The translations under genes and the position numbers were made by a program. The notes under the pieces were generated by a model. It ran no database searches, had not been told where the DNA came from, and was given only the letters and a program-made list of their open reading frames with translations. 64,000 nucleotides of DNA from Candidatus Bathyarchaeia archaeon (GTDB lineage: Archaea > Thermoproteota > Bathyarchaeia > Bathyarchaeales > Bathycorpusculaceae): NCBI GenBank assembly GCA_038882955.1, contig JAVZNC010000002.1, positions 1 to 64,000 on the forward strand. Reading direction: 5' to 3'. Shown in pieces: positions 28,391 through 36,826 of this stretch (within the stretch, counting starts at the first letter, position 1; each line of letters opens with the position of its first letter).

Positions 28391-30259
28391 ATGAATAAAA
28401 ATCCTAATTCTTGGTCTGGCTATATGGGGCAAGTTTTAAGGGTAAATTTGACGCGCCGCAAATTCATCGTAGAACCATTGAAGAAGAATTTTGTCGAAAG
28501 ATTTGTTGGCGGTCGCGGATTCGGCATCAAGGTGCTATTCGATGAAGTGCTAAAAGGAACCGATCCGCTGAGCCCAGAAAATAAGCTGGTTTTATCAGTA
28601 GGTCCATTAACTGGCACCAAGGCGCAGTCGGCGAGCAGGTGGATTGCACAATTTAAATCTCCACTTACAGATGCGTACTGCAGAAGTGTTGGAGGAGGAT
28701 TTTTCGGGGCTGAACTCAAGTTTGCCGGGTATGACGCAATAATCGTTGAGGGTGCCTCTGAAAAACCTGTTTACCTGTGGATAAACGATGACAAGGTTGA
28801 ATTCATGGATGCTTCCAAAGTTTGGGGTATGACAACCCTAGCTGCTCGCGATTTTATCCGCGATGATACAGATGAAAAGGCTAGAATGATTATGATAGGT
28901 CCAGCAGGAGAAAGACTTGTAAAAATCTCAGCCATTGTGACGGATGACATGCGAACCGCGGCGAGGGGTGGCGGCGGCGCAGTTATGGGGTCCAAAAAAC
29001 TTAAGGCCATAGTCGTGAAAGGCTCTAAGCGACCAACGATTTATAACGATAAAGCCTTTGATAGCGCGGTGAAAGCGCAAGTAGAAGCTTACCGCAGAAA
29101 CCCGGGCTTTGAGGGGTTTAGAAGCCTAGGTACAAACGGCATAGTATACTTGTTCTATACCATGGGCAACTTTCCAACATATAACTTCAAACAGCTCCCG
29201 TTTGAAGGAGCTCAGAGGTTTACACCAGATGTTTTAGCTAGCTACGTGGTTAAACATGATGGTTGCTACGGCTGCATGATTAGGTGCTGGAAGAAATTCA
29301 AAATTACAAAGGGGCCCTACGCTGGAATCGCTTGGGATTTTCCCGAATACGAAACTCACTGGTCGTATGGCGGAGCCATTGGAAACAGCAATATAGAGGC
29401 AATATCTTATGCCAACATGCTTTCAGACCTTTATGGCTTGGACACCATATCCACTGGAGTAGCAATAGCCTTTGCCACCGAACTCTACGAGAAAGGCATC
29501 ATAGGAAAAAGTGAAACGGGAGGTCTTGAGCTTAGATGGGGCGATCCAGAAGTTTTAGTTGAGCTTGTGAAGCGCATTGCCCTAAGAATAGGCATAGGCG
29601 AACTGCTTGGAGAGGGGGTCAAAAGAGCCGCTGAAGTTATAGGGAGAGGCGCCGAAAAGTACGCCATGCACGTTAAGGGTCTTGAATTTCCCGCCTACGA
29701 TCCGCGCTCACTAAAAGCTCACGGATTAAGCTTCGCCACCTCGCCAATAGGCGCAAGTCACTGCATTGGCTGGAACAAATTTGAGATATTGGGTGTTCCA
29801 AGAAAGGTTGACCCTTTTGCTACTAAAGGCAAGGGAGAAATAACCAAGTACGTGCAAGATGAAATCGCAGCGGCTGAAACAGCGGTTTTCTGTTCTTTCC
29901 CGATCAGCAACGATATGATAACTTTAGAATTGTATAGTGAGTTATTATATTCTGCCACTGGCATTGAAAAATTCAAAGATCCAAAGTATCTGTGGCTAGT
30001 AGGAGAAAGAATCTTTAACCTTGAAAAGGCATTCATAGCCAGAGAAGGTTTTGATGTTAATTACGATTCAATGCCCGAAAGGATACTTAAAGAACCAGTG
30101 CCTAGAGAACCCTCCAAAGGGCAAATCTTCGAGCTTGATGTGCTCCTTAAAGAATACTACAAAACTAGAGGCTGGAACAAACTGGGCGTGCCCACAAAGG
30201 AGAAACTTGCCGAGCTAGGATTAGTGGAAGCAGCTAATGAGCTCTATAATTCACCATAA
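28391..30259 (+). CDS. aor: W/Mo-pterin aldehyde:ferredoxin oxidoreductase family (second copy)
   Basis: ARGGGGAVMGSKKLKAI, CYGCMIRC, PEYET, LDTIS, YDPR. Confidence 0.9.
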   Translation: MNKNPNSWSGYMGQVLRVNLTRRKFIVEPLKKNFVERFVGGRGFGIKVLFDEVLKGTDPLSPENKLVLSVGPLTGTKAQSASRWIAQFKSPLTDAYCRSVGGGFFGAELKFAGYDAIIVEGASEKPVYLWINDDKVEFMDASKVWGMTTLAARDFIRDDTDEKARMIMIGPAGERLVKISAIVTDDMRTAARGGGGAVMGSKKLKAIVVKGSKRPTIYNDKAFDSAVKAQVEAYRRNPGFEGFRSLGTNGIVYLFYTMGNFPTYNFKQLPFEGAQRFTPDVLASYVVKHDGCYGCMIRCWKKFKITKGPYAGIAWDFPEYETHWSYGGAIGNSNIEAISYANMLSDLYGLDTISTGVAIAFATELYEKGIIGKSETGGLELRWGDPEVLVELVKRIALRIGIGELLGEGVKRAAEVIGRGAEKYAMHVKGLEFPAYDPRSLKAHGLSFATSPIGASHCIGWNKFEILGVPRKVDPFATKGKGEITKYVQDEIAAAETAVFCSFPISNDMITLELYSELLYSATGIEKFKDPKYLWLVGERIFNLEKAFIAREGFDVNYDSMPERILKEPVPREPSKGQIFELDVLLKEYYKTRGWNKLGVPTKEKLAELGLVEAANELYNSP

Positions 30260-30283
30260 AAATTCACTTTCATGTGATTCAAA

Positions 30284-30544
30284 ATGAAAGTTCGCGTTAA
30301 ATTTGCAGGAGCTGCGCACAAAAGGTTCAGTTTAACAGACATCTGGCTTTTTTTACATGATTATGCTACGGTTGAAGATGCTTTTATAAAACTTAAGGAA
30401 CAAGGAGTTGACATAAAACCAGGAGATGCCACCATAACGGTTTTGGTGAATGGAAGACGCATAGAATTTATTGGCGGACTCAAAACAAAACTCAAAGATA
30501 TGGACGAAATTGTTTTGATGCCCATAATTGCTGGAGGGCTCTAA
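30284..30544 (+). CDS. MoaD/SAMP ubiquitin-like protein (ends GGL)
   Basis: Beta-grasp pattern VLVNGR...L.D.DEI.LMP.IAGG; follows aor. Confidence 0.8.
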   Translation: MKVRVKFAGAAHKRFSLTDIWLFLHDYATVEDAFIKLKEQGVDIKPGDATITVLVNGRRIEFIGGLKTKLKDMDEIVLMPIIAGGL

Positions 30545-30593
30545 ATTAAATCTGAATGTTGTTTCGCAAGAATAATATTGGGAGTTAAAGGGT

Positions 30594-31934
30594 TTATGCT
30601 TTTACTAGCGTTATTGCTTTGACGGGGCAAACCATGGCGCATAGTCCGCATCCTATGCACTTGTCAGAAACCATGATTTTGTTGTCTTTTAAGTAGAGCG
30701 CTGCGCAGATGTTGTCAACGCATGTTTTGCATAATGTGCACTTTGCTTCATCGACTTTTGCTTTGGCAGTTACGTCCACCGCTTCATCCGCGGTTTTTAG
30801 CTGTTTAATTCCAACTTTTCGTATTTCTTCTATGCTGTCGTAGCCCTGCTCCGTCATGAATCTTTTAATAAATTCAAGTTCAGACCTCAGGAAGCGGATT
30901 CCCTTGAAGAATACGGTGGCGCATTGTCCTGCGGCCTTTGCTCCAAGCATTATTATCTGGATTATGTGTTCTGCGTTCATTAGGCCTCCCATAGCCAGTA
31001 TGTCCAGCTCTGGTACGAACATGCTTATGGCAGCAACATGTTTGCGTATAATTGGTCTTAGTGGCTCGCCTCCATATCCGATAAGTGGATTTCCATCTGT
31101 GAATGGCAATGTCGTTTTCCCTTTGTTGTAGATGTCTGGTGGCGGAATAGTTACACCCATGTTGGCAGTGGTAATGAAAGATGCACCAGCCTTTTTTGCT
31201 CTTCTCGCAATTTCTACGACCCTTGGAAAACCTGTTTCTGGCGTAAGTTTGACCCCCACAGGGATGCTTACCTCTTGAGTAACTTCTTTAACTACATCCT
31301 CTATGAATTCAGGGGAGTCGCCCATAATGGCACCCATATTTGCGAATATGAATTTTCCATCTAGAAACGCATTTATGTTTCCTCTAACCGTGGCGAAGAA
31401 GGGACATGACACGTTTAACTCAATCATATCAAGACCTGCCTCTTCCGCCTTCTTTGAAGCTATTCGGAAAGATTCTGGGTCTCCCGCGGCTTCAATATTG
31501 GCGATCAGCGGAACGTCTGGAGGTTTGTTTTTCTTTAGCATGTTGATGATGGGCATTTTAAGCTCCAATGACTTTGCAAAACCCTCTATCGGAATGCCAT
31601 AGGGCGTCATAGCTCCTAACCTATGTAGGAAGCATCCTTCTCCATCCTTCATCCATCGCCTCACTGGTCTACCACCGAAATGTTTCCGTATAATTTCTCG
31701 CCATTCCTGCGACGAAACCTCCTTTTTCTTTTTCTGAACGTATTCCTCTGGAAGAGAACAAAGCGCTCCTACCGAAATATATCCTGCACCAGCCTCGGCA
31801 GATTTAAGTAATATTTTCGCTACATCCTCGTCAGGTATCGAGCTGCCCATAAAAGTTGCTATCGCACCAATGCCTATCGGGCTAGGAAGCCTTATCCCCG
31901 CAAAATCAACAGATAATCTCTCATCCCTTGTCAT
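30594..31934 (-). CDS. Dihydroorotate/dihydropyrimidine dehydrogenase (PreA-like) FMN enzyme with C-terminal 4Fe-4S dicluster
   Basis: ELNVSCP, VKLTP, GG, CxxCxxC...C and CIGCGLC..VCP. Confidence 0.8.
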   Translation of the reverse strand: MTRDERLSVDFAGIRLPSPIGIGAIATFMGSSIPDEDVAKILLKSAEAGAGYISVGALCSLPEEYVQKKKKEVSSQEWREIIRKHFGGRPVRRWMKDGEGCFLHRLGAMTPYGIPIEGFAKSLELKMPIINMLKKNKPPDVPLIANIEAAGDPESFRIASKKAEEAGLDMIELNVSCPFFATVRGNINAFLDGKFIFANMGAIMGDSPEFIEDVVKEVTQEVSIPVGVKLTPETGFPRVVEIARRAKKAGASFITTANMGVTIPPPDIYNKGKTTLPFTDGNPLIGYGGEPLRPIIRKHVAAISMFVPELDILAMGGLMNAEHIIQIIMLGAKAAGQCATVFFKGIRFLRSELEFIKRFMTEQGYDSIEEIRKVGIKQLKTADEAVDVTAKAKVDEAKCTLCKTCVDNICAALYLKDNKIMVSDKCIGCGLCAMVCPVKAITLVKA

Positions 31935-32008
31935 AGACGTCCTCCAACTTGTTGAATAAATGACTGTTCAAGGACTTATATATTAATCTTTTATTAGAGT
32001 TTTGAGAA

Positions 32009-32036
32009 TTTTTTGTTAGTTGCGGTTAAAGGAGAA
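32009..32036 (+). other. Xer/dif-like recombination site 4 (TTTTTTGTTAG-TTGCGG-TTAAAGGAGAA)
   Basis: Core GTTAG-TTGCRG-TTAA shared with site 2; abuts repeat B. Confidence 0.55.
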
Positions 32037-32106
32037 TAGAAAAAGGGGATGTTGCTGGAGAAATCGGCAATGTTTAGTAGATTTGACCGGACTATACTAC
32101 CGGAGC
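32033..32106 (-). repeat. Direct repeat copy B: tRNA-Glu 5' fragment plus conserved flank (att-like)
   Basis: About 85% identical to 4362-4436. Confidence 0.85.
32083..32106 (-). pseudogene. tRNA-Glu-like 5' fragment (GCTCCGGTAGTATAGTCCGGTCAA)
   Basis: 23/24 identical to 4413-4436; ends at tRNA position 21. Confidence 0.75.
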
Positions 32107-32172
32107 TTTTCCAGTAGTACTTTTGGTTTTTGGGTTTTGAAAAAGGGTTTGGAGAAAAGTTTGGAGGTGGTG

Positions 32173-34497
32173 TTATTTTCGGTTTTGTTTTCTTTTGTAT
32201 AGTAGTGTTGTGAGTGTTAGTGCCATTAGCGCTGCTAGCATTATTTGTAGGATGAATTCTGGTATTGTGAATGGCAAGATTATTGTTACTTCTTTGTTTC
32301 CATTCATTGTCACGGTTGCGCTGTTGTGGTATCCTTCGTAGTCTGTTTCTATCGTGTATGGTCCAAATTCGTATTCTATACCAGTTGCGTTGACAATTTT
32401 TTCTAGCAGAGTGAAGACTGCCCAGCCGTTTGATTGTGTTTTGCCATAAGCGACGGTGCCAAATCCCGAGGCGGTTATTGTCACGTTTGCGTTCGGGACA
32501 TCGTTTGGAGGTTGGGCTTGGTCTATCACGTGTATATTTAGCCACCAGCCTACGTAGAGCTTGGCGTTATTGGAAATGTTTGGAGTGGTGTGTATTGTTG
32601 CGTTGAAAGCCCAGACTTTTGAGTCACCATACAAGTACAGGTAATATGTTTCTGTATTTTCTAGATAGCAACTAGCGTATTCATTTGTGCATATGAAGAC
32701 GGTGACTTTTGAATCGTAAATTCCAGCCTTTGTTGACTCGTAGAAGTAGAGATTAAGGAGCGTGGATCTGAAGATTGTTATGTTTGAGGAGCCATAGCTG
32801 CTTAAACCTAATCCGTCAGCAATGCATGTTTCGCTTATTGTTATGTTTGGGGCATAACCTGTCGGGCAGACGTTAACCGAGCAGTTTTCCAGAAAATTCC
32901 AGTAGTTTATGTATCCTGGTTCTAAATTCGCCATTGTGACGTTTGCAGAAGACACTGTTATGGTTATCCAGTCGTTTATTGTGCAGTTAGACAGAACACA
33001 TTCTGCGTTGTTGAAGACTGCCACGCTTCTGTCTATTGTGCAGTTAACAGCAGAAACTTTCGCGTAATTGTAAGCGTACAAATTTCTTTGCAGCACTGAG
33101 TTAGTGATGTTTGCTGACGAGTAGTGCAGGAAGGTGAGGATGTAAGCGTTCGTTAATAGCCCATCTATTGTTGCTGTGCTATTTTCTTCAAAGTTTATCA
33201 TAAATGAATAATATGATGTTATGTTACTGTTTTCCGCTATTAGTCTAGCGCTTCCTCGGCACGTCATTGTGAACTGGTCATTACTTGTTTGTGTGAAGTT
33301 TATCCACGCATCACGCAGTATTAGCGTCGCGTTTTCTTCGGCTATTATGCTTCCGTTGAGGTTAAGCAGTCCATTAACGCATAAACATTCGTTGTCTTTG
33401 AGAATTATGTCTCCATTGTAGCTTGCGGGGTAATTGTAAAATACGTTTAATTTTACTTCTATTTCCGTATTGCCGTACATGTTTACTGATGTTGAATTTG
33501 AGCATTTCATATAGTAAGCAACAACTGTGTATGCTCCAGTCCAGTAAAAGCCTGTTTCGTTGACGAAACCCTTCATTAACGCTAACCGCGCCTTTCCATC
33601 AATTTCGGTTAGCTTTGAATCCATTAGAACGTTTTCAGAGTCGTATGCGGTTACGTTTGCTGACGGAACATCTTGCCCAACAAGGTCTGTTACGTGAACA
33701 TCAAGGTAGTAATATAAATAGGCAATAGAACTGTCGTATACTGCTCCATTAGTAATTGTTGTGTTAAAAAGCCATACTCTCGCATTATCATATAATGTTG
33801 CATTGGTAAAAACCGAATCGTAAATGTAGCATTTTGAATTATGACATGCTTCCGCGTTGCTTACCTCACAATTTAAAATCGTGAGTTCAGAGTTGACGCT
33901 AGCGGAGATTTCATCGAAAATTTCTGTGCCACTTATAGTAGCCTTCGCATTACCACTCAAGAAAACATAATTTATCCAAGCATTTGTCATGTGGAGAACT
34001 GCGTTAGCGTAAACATAAATGCTCCAAAATTCGGATTCAGTGATGTTGGCAAAAGAAGAGTCAAAGAAATTAAAAATGACCCTGTCAGGAGTAGCTGCTT
34101 GATAAGCCTCTAACGTGCTGTTGCCGTAAAAATACAGCATTAAAGCATAGCCATTTCCTGCTATGCCGCTGTAATTTTCAATTATGAGTCGCGGGTTTCC
34201 ATTGGCTGGGTTTTTAAGTGTCACGTTAAATTGGCTGCTGTATTGTTGTGTGAAGTTTATGCCTCCATGGTTGCGTATTATCAGCGTGGCGTTTTCTGTT
34301 ATGATTATGCTGCCGTTTATGTGGAGGATTTGATTTTCGATGATGGTGACGTTGTTTCCGCTAAGTATCAAGTCTCCTTCGTGGAATATATCTGCAGCTC
34401 TAACAGATGGAACATTCATGTTCGAAATAACCGTCAAAGACAAGAATAAGGAGACAATGGCAAAAAGTGCAGCGTACTTTCTCATTTTTACCACCAT
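32173..34497 (-). CDS. PEF-CTERM cell-surface glycoprotein with internally duplicated beta-helix + carboxypeptidase-regulatory-like modules
   Basis: Signal peptide; two copies of GD.IL...NGSII..ENATLI.R..INFTQ and L..HV.D...DVP.ANVT; many NxS/T sequons; IPEF-TM-basic tail. Confidence 0.8.
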   Translation of the reverse strand: MVVKMRKYAALFAIVSLFLSLTVISNMNVPSVRAADIFHEGDLILSGNNVTIIENQILHINGSIIITENATLIIRNHGGINFTQQYSSQFNVTLKNPANGNPRLIIENYSGIAGNGYALMLYFYGNSTLEAYQAATPDRVIFNFFDSSFANITESEFWSIYVYANAVLHMTNAWINYVFLSGNAKATISGTEIFDEISASVNSELTILNCEVSNAEACHNSKCYIYDSVFTNATLYDNARVWLFNTTITNGAVYDSSIAYLYYYLDVHVTDLVGQDVPSANVTAYDSENVLMDSKLTEIDGKARLALMKGFVNETGFYWTGAYTVVAYYMKCSNSTSVNMYGNTEIEVKLNVFYNYPASYNGDIILKDNECLCVNGLLNLNGSIIAEENATLILRDAWINFTQTSNDQFTMTCRGSARLIAENSNITSYYSFMINFEENSTATIDGLLTNAYILTFLHYSSANITNSVLQRNLYAYNYAKVSAVNCTIDRSVAVFNNAECVLSNCTINDWITITVSSANVTMANLEPGYINYWNFLENCSVNVCPTGYAPNITISETCIADGLGLSSYGSSNITIFRSTLLNLYFYESTKAGIYDSKVTVFICTNEYASCYLENTETYYLYLYGDSKVWAFNATIHTTPNISNNAKLYVGWWLNIHVIDQAQPPNDVPNANVTITASGFGTVAYGKTQSNGWAVFTLLEKIVNATGIEYEFGPYTIETDYEGYHNSATVTMNGNKEVTIILPFTIPEFILQIMLAALMALTLTTLLYKRKQNRK

Positions 34498-34621
34498 TTC
34501 TTTCAATTTTCCCACTTTTTCAAAAATTTCCGTATATATGCTTTATGAATTATTACTATGAGGCGAACTCAAAATCGGGAACAGATTGCGAGCAGAAAAA
34601 GGGGATTATTTAAAAATTGGT

Positions 34622-36274
34622 TTAGTATTCTTCGCTTTCGCCTTCACCTGGCGGTTTTTCTGGTCCCTTCTCTTCTTTTGGTTTTGTTGCCGCTATCACG
34701 TCGTCTATACGCAGTATCATTGAAGCGGATTCTGCGGCGCTTTTTACTGCTTGCTCCTTCACGACTAATGGTTCAACTACGCCGTTTTCGCGCATGTTTT
34801 CAACTTTCCCTGTGAAGACGTTTACGCCCATGTGCGCGCCGTCTTTTTTCTCGTGGTTCGCTCTCAGTTCCACAATTATGTCTATTGGTTCCAGCCCAGC
34901 GTTTTCAGCCAGCGTTTTTGGTATTATTTCTATTGCGTCTGCAAAGGCTTCTATGGCTAGTTGTTCGCGTCCGCCGACTTTTGTGGCGTAGTCGCGGAGT
35001 TCCTTTGCTATTTCAATTTCCACTGCGCCTCCACCCGCGACGATTTTGTTGTTTTCGATAACGTCTGAAACCACTGATAGGGCGTCTGTTAGGGCTCTTT
35101 CTGCCTCGTCAACCATTCTTTCGAGTCCAGCGCGTATGAGTATCGCCACTGAACGTGGGTCTCGACATTTTTCCACGAAAATCATTTTGTCTTCGCCGAT
35201 TTTTCGCTCTTCAACCAGCCCAGCTTCGCCGAGATCTTGCCTTGTTAGGTCATCTAGGTCTGTGATTATTCTTCCGCCTGTTGCTCTTGCAAGTTTCTCC
35301 ATGTCTGACTGTTTTACGCGTCTGGCTGCGAGTATTCCTTCTTTTGCTAGGAAGTGTTGCGCCATGTCATCTATGCCTTTTTGGCAGAAGACCACGTTTG
35401 CGCCTGAAGCCTTTATTTTGTCAACCATTTCTTTGAGCATCTTTGTTTCTTGGTCCAGGAAGGCTTTCATTTGGGTTGGGTCGCGTATGCGGATTTCTGC
35501 GCTGAACTCTGTCTTTTCAATTTCTAGTGGGCAGTCCAAGAGTGCAATTTTCGCGTTTTCCACTTTTTTGGGCATTCCTGGGTGGACGACTTCCTTGTCT
35601 ATTATTAAGCCTCTGACGAGTTGGGATTCGAAGAGGCTTTTTCCGGTTTTCTTTATGATTTGGATGTTGTCTATGTCTGCGACCATGCGTTCTCCGCGTT
35701 TTTCTGCTATTTGCTTGACTGCGTCTATGGCTATTTCTGCTAGGTGCTCTTTTGCTGGTCCAACGGCTTTGCTTGACATTGATGTTAATGCTACTTTTTT
35801 GAGTGTTTCTCTGTCTTCGATGTCCACTGGCGTGGCGATTTTGTTTATTACTTCCATTGCTTTTTGGGCTGCTTTGCGGTAGCCGCTTACGATTATTGTT
35901 GGGTGTATGTTTTGGTCAAGGAGCTCTTCTGCCTTCTTGAGTAGTTCGCCGGCCAAAACTACGGCTGTTGTTGTTCCGTCTCCAACCATGTCGTCTTGGG
36001 TTTTTGCTATTTCAACCATCATTTTTGCTGCTGGGTGCTCCACTTCTATTTCGTCTAGGATTGCTGCGCCGTCGTTGGTTATTGTTATGTCGCCTAGGCT
36101 GTCGATGAGCATTTTGTCCATTCCGCGTGGTCCAAGTGTGGTTTTTAGGACTTCGCCTATGATGCGTGCTGCCATTATGTTGTTTCTTTGGGCTTCTCTT
36201 CCTCGGCTACGGGTTGTTCCTTCTTTTAGGATGAGTACTGGTTGTCCCGACTGTGTTGTTGTTAAGTAAGCCAT
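34622..36274 (-). CDS. ths: Thermosome (group II chaperonin) subunit
   Basis: [28 protein letters not shown]; start refined to ATG 36274. Confidence 0.97.
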   Translation of the reverse strand: MAYLTTTQSGQPVLILKEGTTRSRGREAQRNNIMAARIIGEVLKTTLGPRGMDKMLIDSLGDITITNDGAAILDEIEVEHPAAKMMVEIAKTQDDMVGDGTTTAVVLAGELLKKAEELLDQNIHPTIIVSGYRKAAQKAMEVINKIATPVDIEDRETLKKVALTSMSSKAVGPAKEHLAEIAIDAVKQIAEKRGERMVADIDNIQIIKKTGKSLFESQLVRGLIIDKEVVHPGMPKKVENAKIALLDCPLEIEKTEFSAEIRIRDPTQMKAFLDQETKMLKEMVDKIKASGANVVFCQKGIDDMAQHFLAKEGILAARRVKQSDMEKLARATGGRIITDLDDLTRQDLGEAGLVEERKIGEDKMIFVEKCRDPRSVAILIRAGLERMVDEAERALTDALSVVSDVIENNKIVAGGGAVEIEIAKELRDYATKVGGREQLAIEAFADAIEIIPKTLAENAGLEPIDIIVELRANHEKKDGAHMGVNVFTGKVENMRENGVVEPLVVKEQAVKSAAESASMILRIDDVIAATKPKEEKGPEKPPGEGESEEY

Positions 36275-36434
36275 ACAAGGTTCCTCCAATTACTTTAGAA
36301 TGTTTTTCAGCTATTCCGATAACCAAAATGCACTAAAATATAAACTTTTACCCAGCTTTTTGGCGGAACGCATACATTTTTCTGTAACAGTTAAATTTAT
36401 GACTTGCACGGATACTTTCTTGAGGGTTTGCGCC

Positions 36435-36728
36435 ATGCGGGTTTCGGTGCGTTTCTTCACAAGCCTAAGAGAGATTGTTGGTAAGCGAGAAGAAACTTTA
36501 GAGTTTTCCGATGGCGAAAGGGTTACGGTGAATACTGTTCTTAAGCGGTTGAGTGAGCGTTATGGAAAGGATTTTGATGATTACCTTTATGATGGTAAGA
36601 CTGGCGAGGTTAAGGGTTTCTTGCAGTTTCTAATTAATGGCAGAAGCGCTTCTACGCTTAAGGGTTTGGAGACTGAACTTTCTGATGGGGATGTTTTGGC
36701 AATAATTCCGCCAGTGGGCGGCGGATAA
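36435..36728 (+). CDS. MoaD/SAMP ubiquitin-like protein
   Basis: C-terminal DGDVLAIIPPVGGG; start refined to ATG 36435. Confidence 0.88.
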   Translation: MRVSVRFFTSLREIVGKREETLEFSDGERVTVNTVLKRLSERYGKDFDDYLYDGKTGEVKGFLQFLINGRSASTLKGLETELSDGDVLAIIPPVGGG

Positions 36729-36826
36729 CCTTAGGAATTTGGATTGTTTTTCAGTTTTATTTTCTCTACCCTCTCCCTCTATAGGTTTTTAGGCTTGTTT
36801 TGCTTTTTTTCATTTTTGAGTTTGTT

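Larger units (their letters stand above)
4413..32106. mobile_element. Degenerate integrative element/genomic island between tRNA-Glu 5'-fragment direct repeats, carrying a catabolic module
   Basis: Direct repeats at both ends, integrase remnant abutting the left repeat, dif-like sites inside both ends, cargo only of accessory metabolism. Confidence 0.7.

Noticed and set aside
31994-32545. 183-aa minus-strand ORF and 32020-32202 plus-strand ORF as split-integrase fragments
   Set aside because: They overlap the PEF-CTERM gene or read through the tRNA fragment; no integrase motifs.
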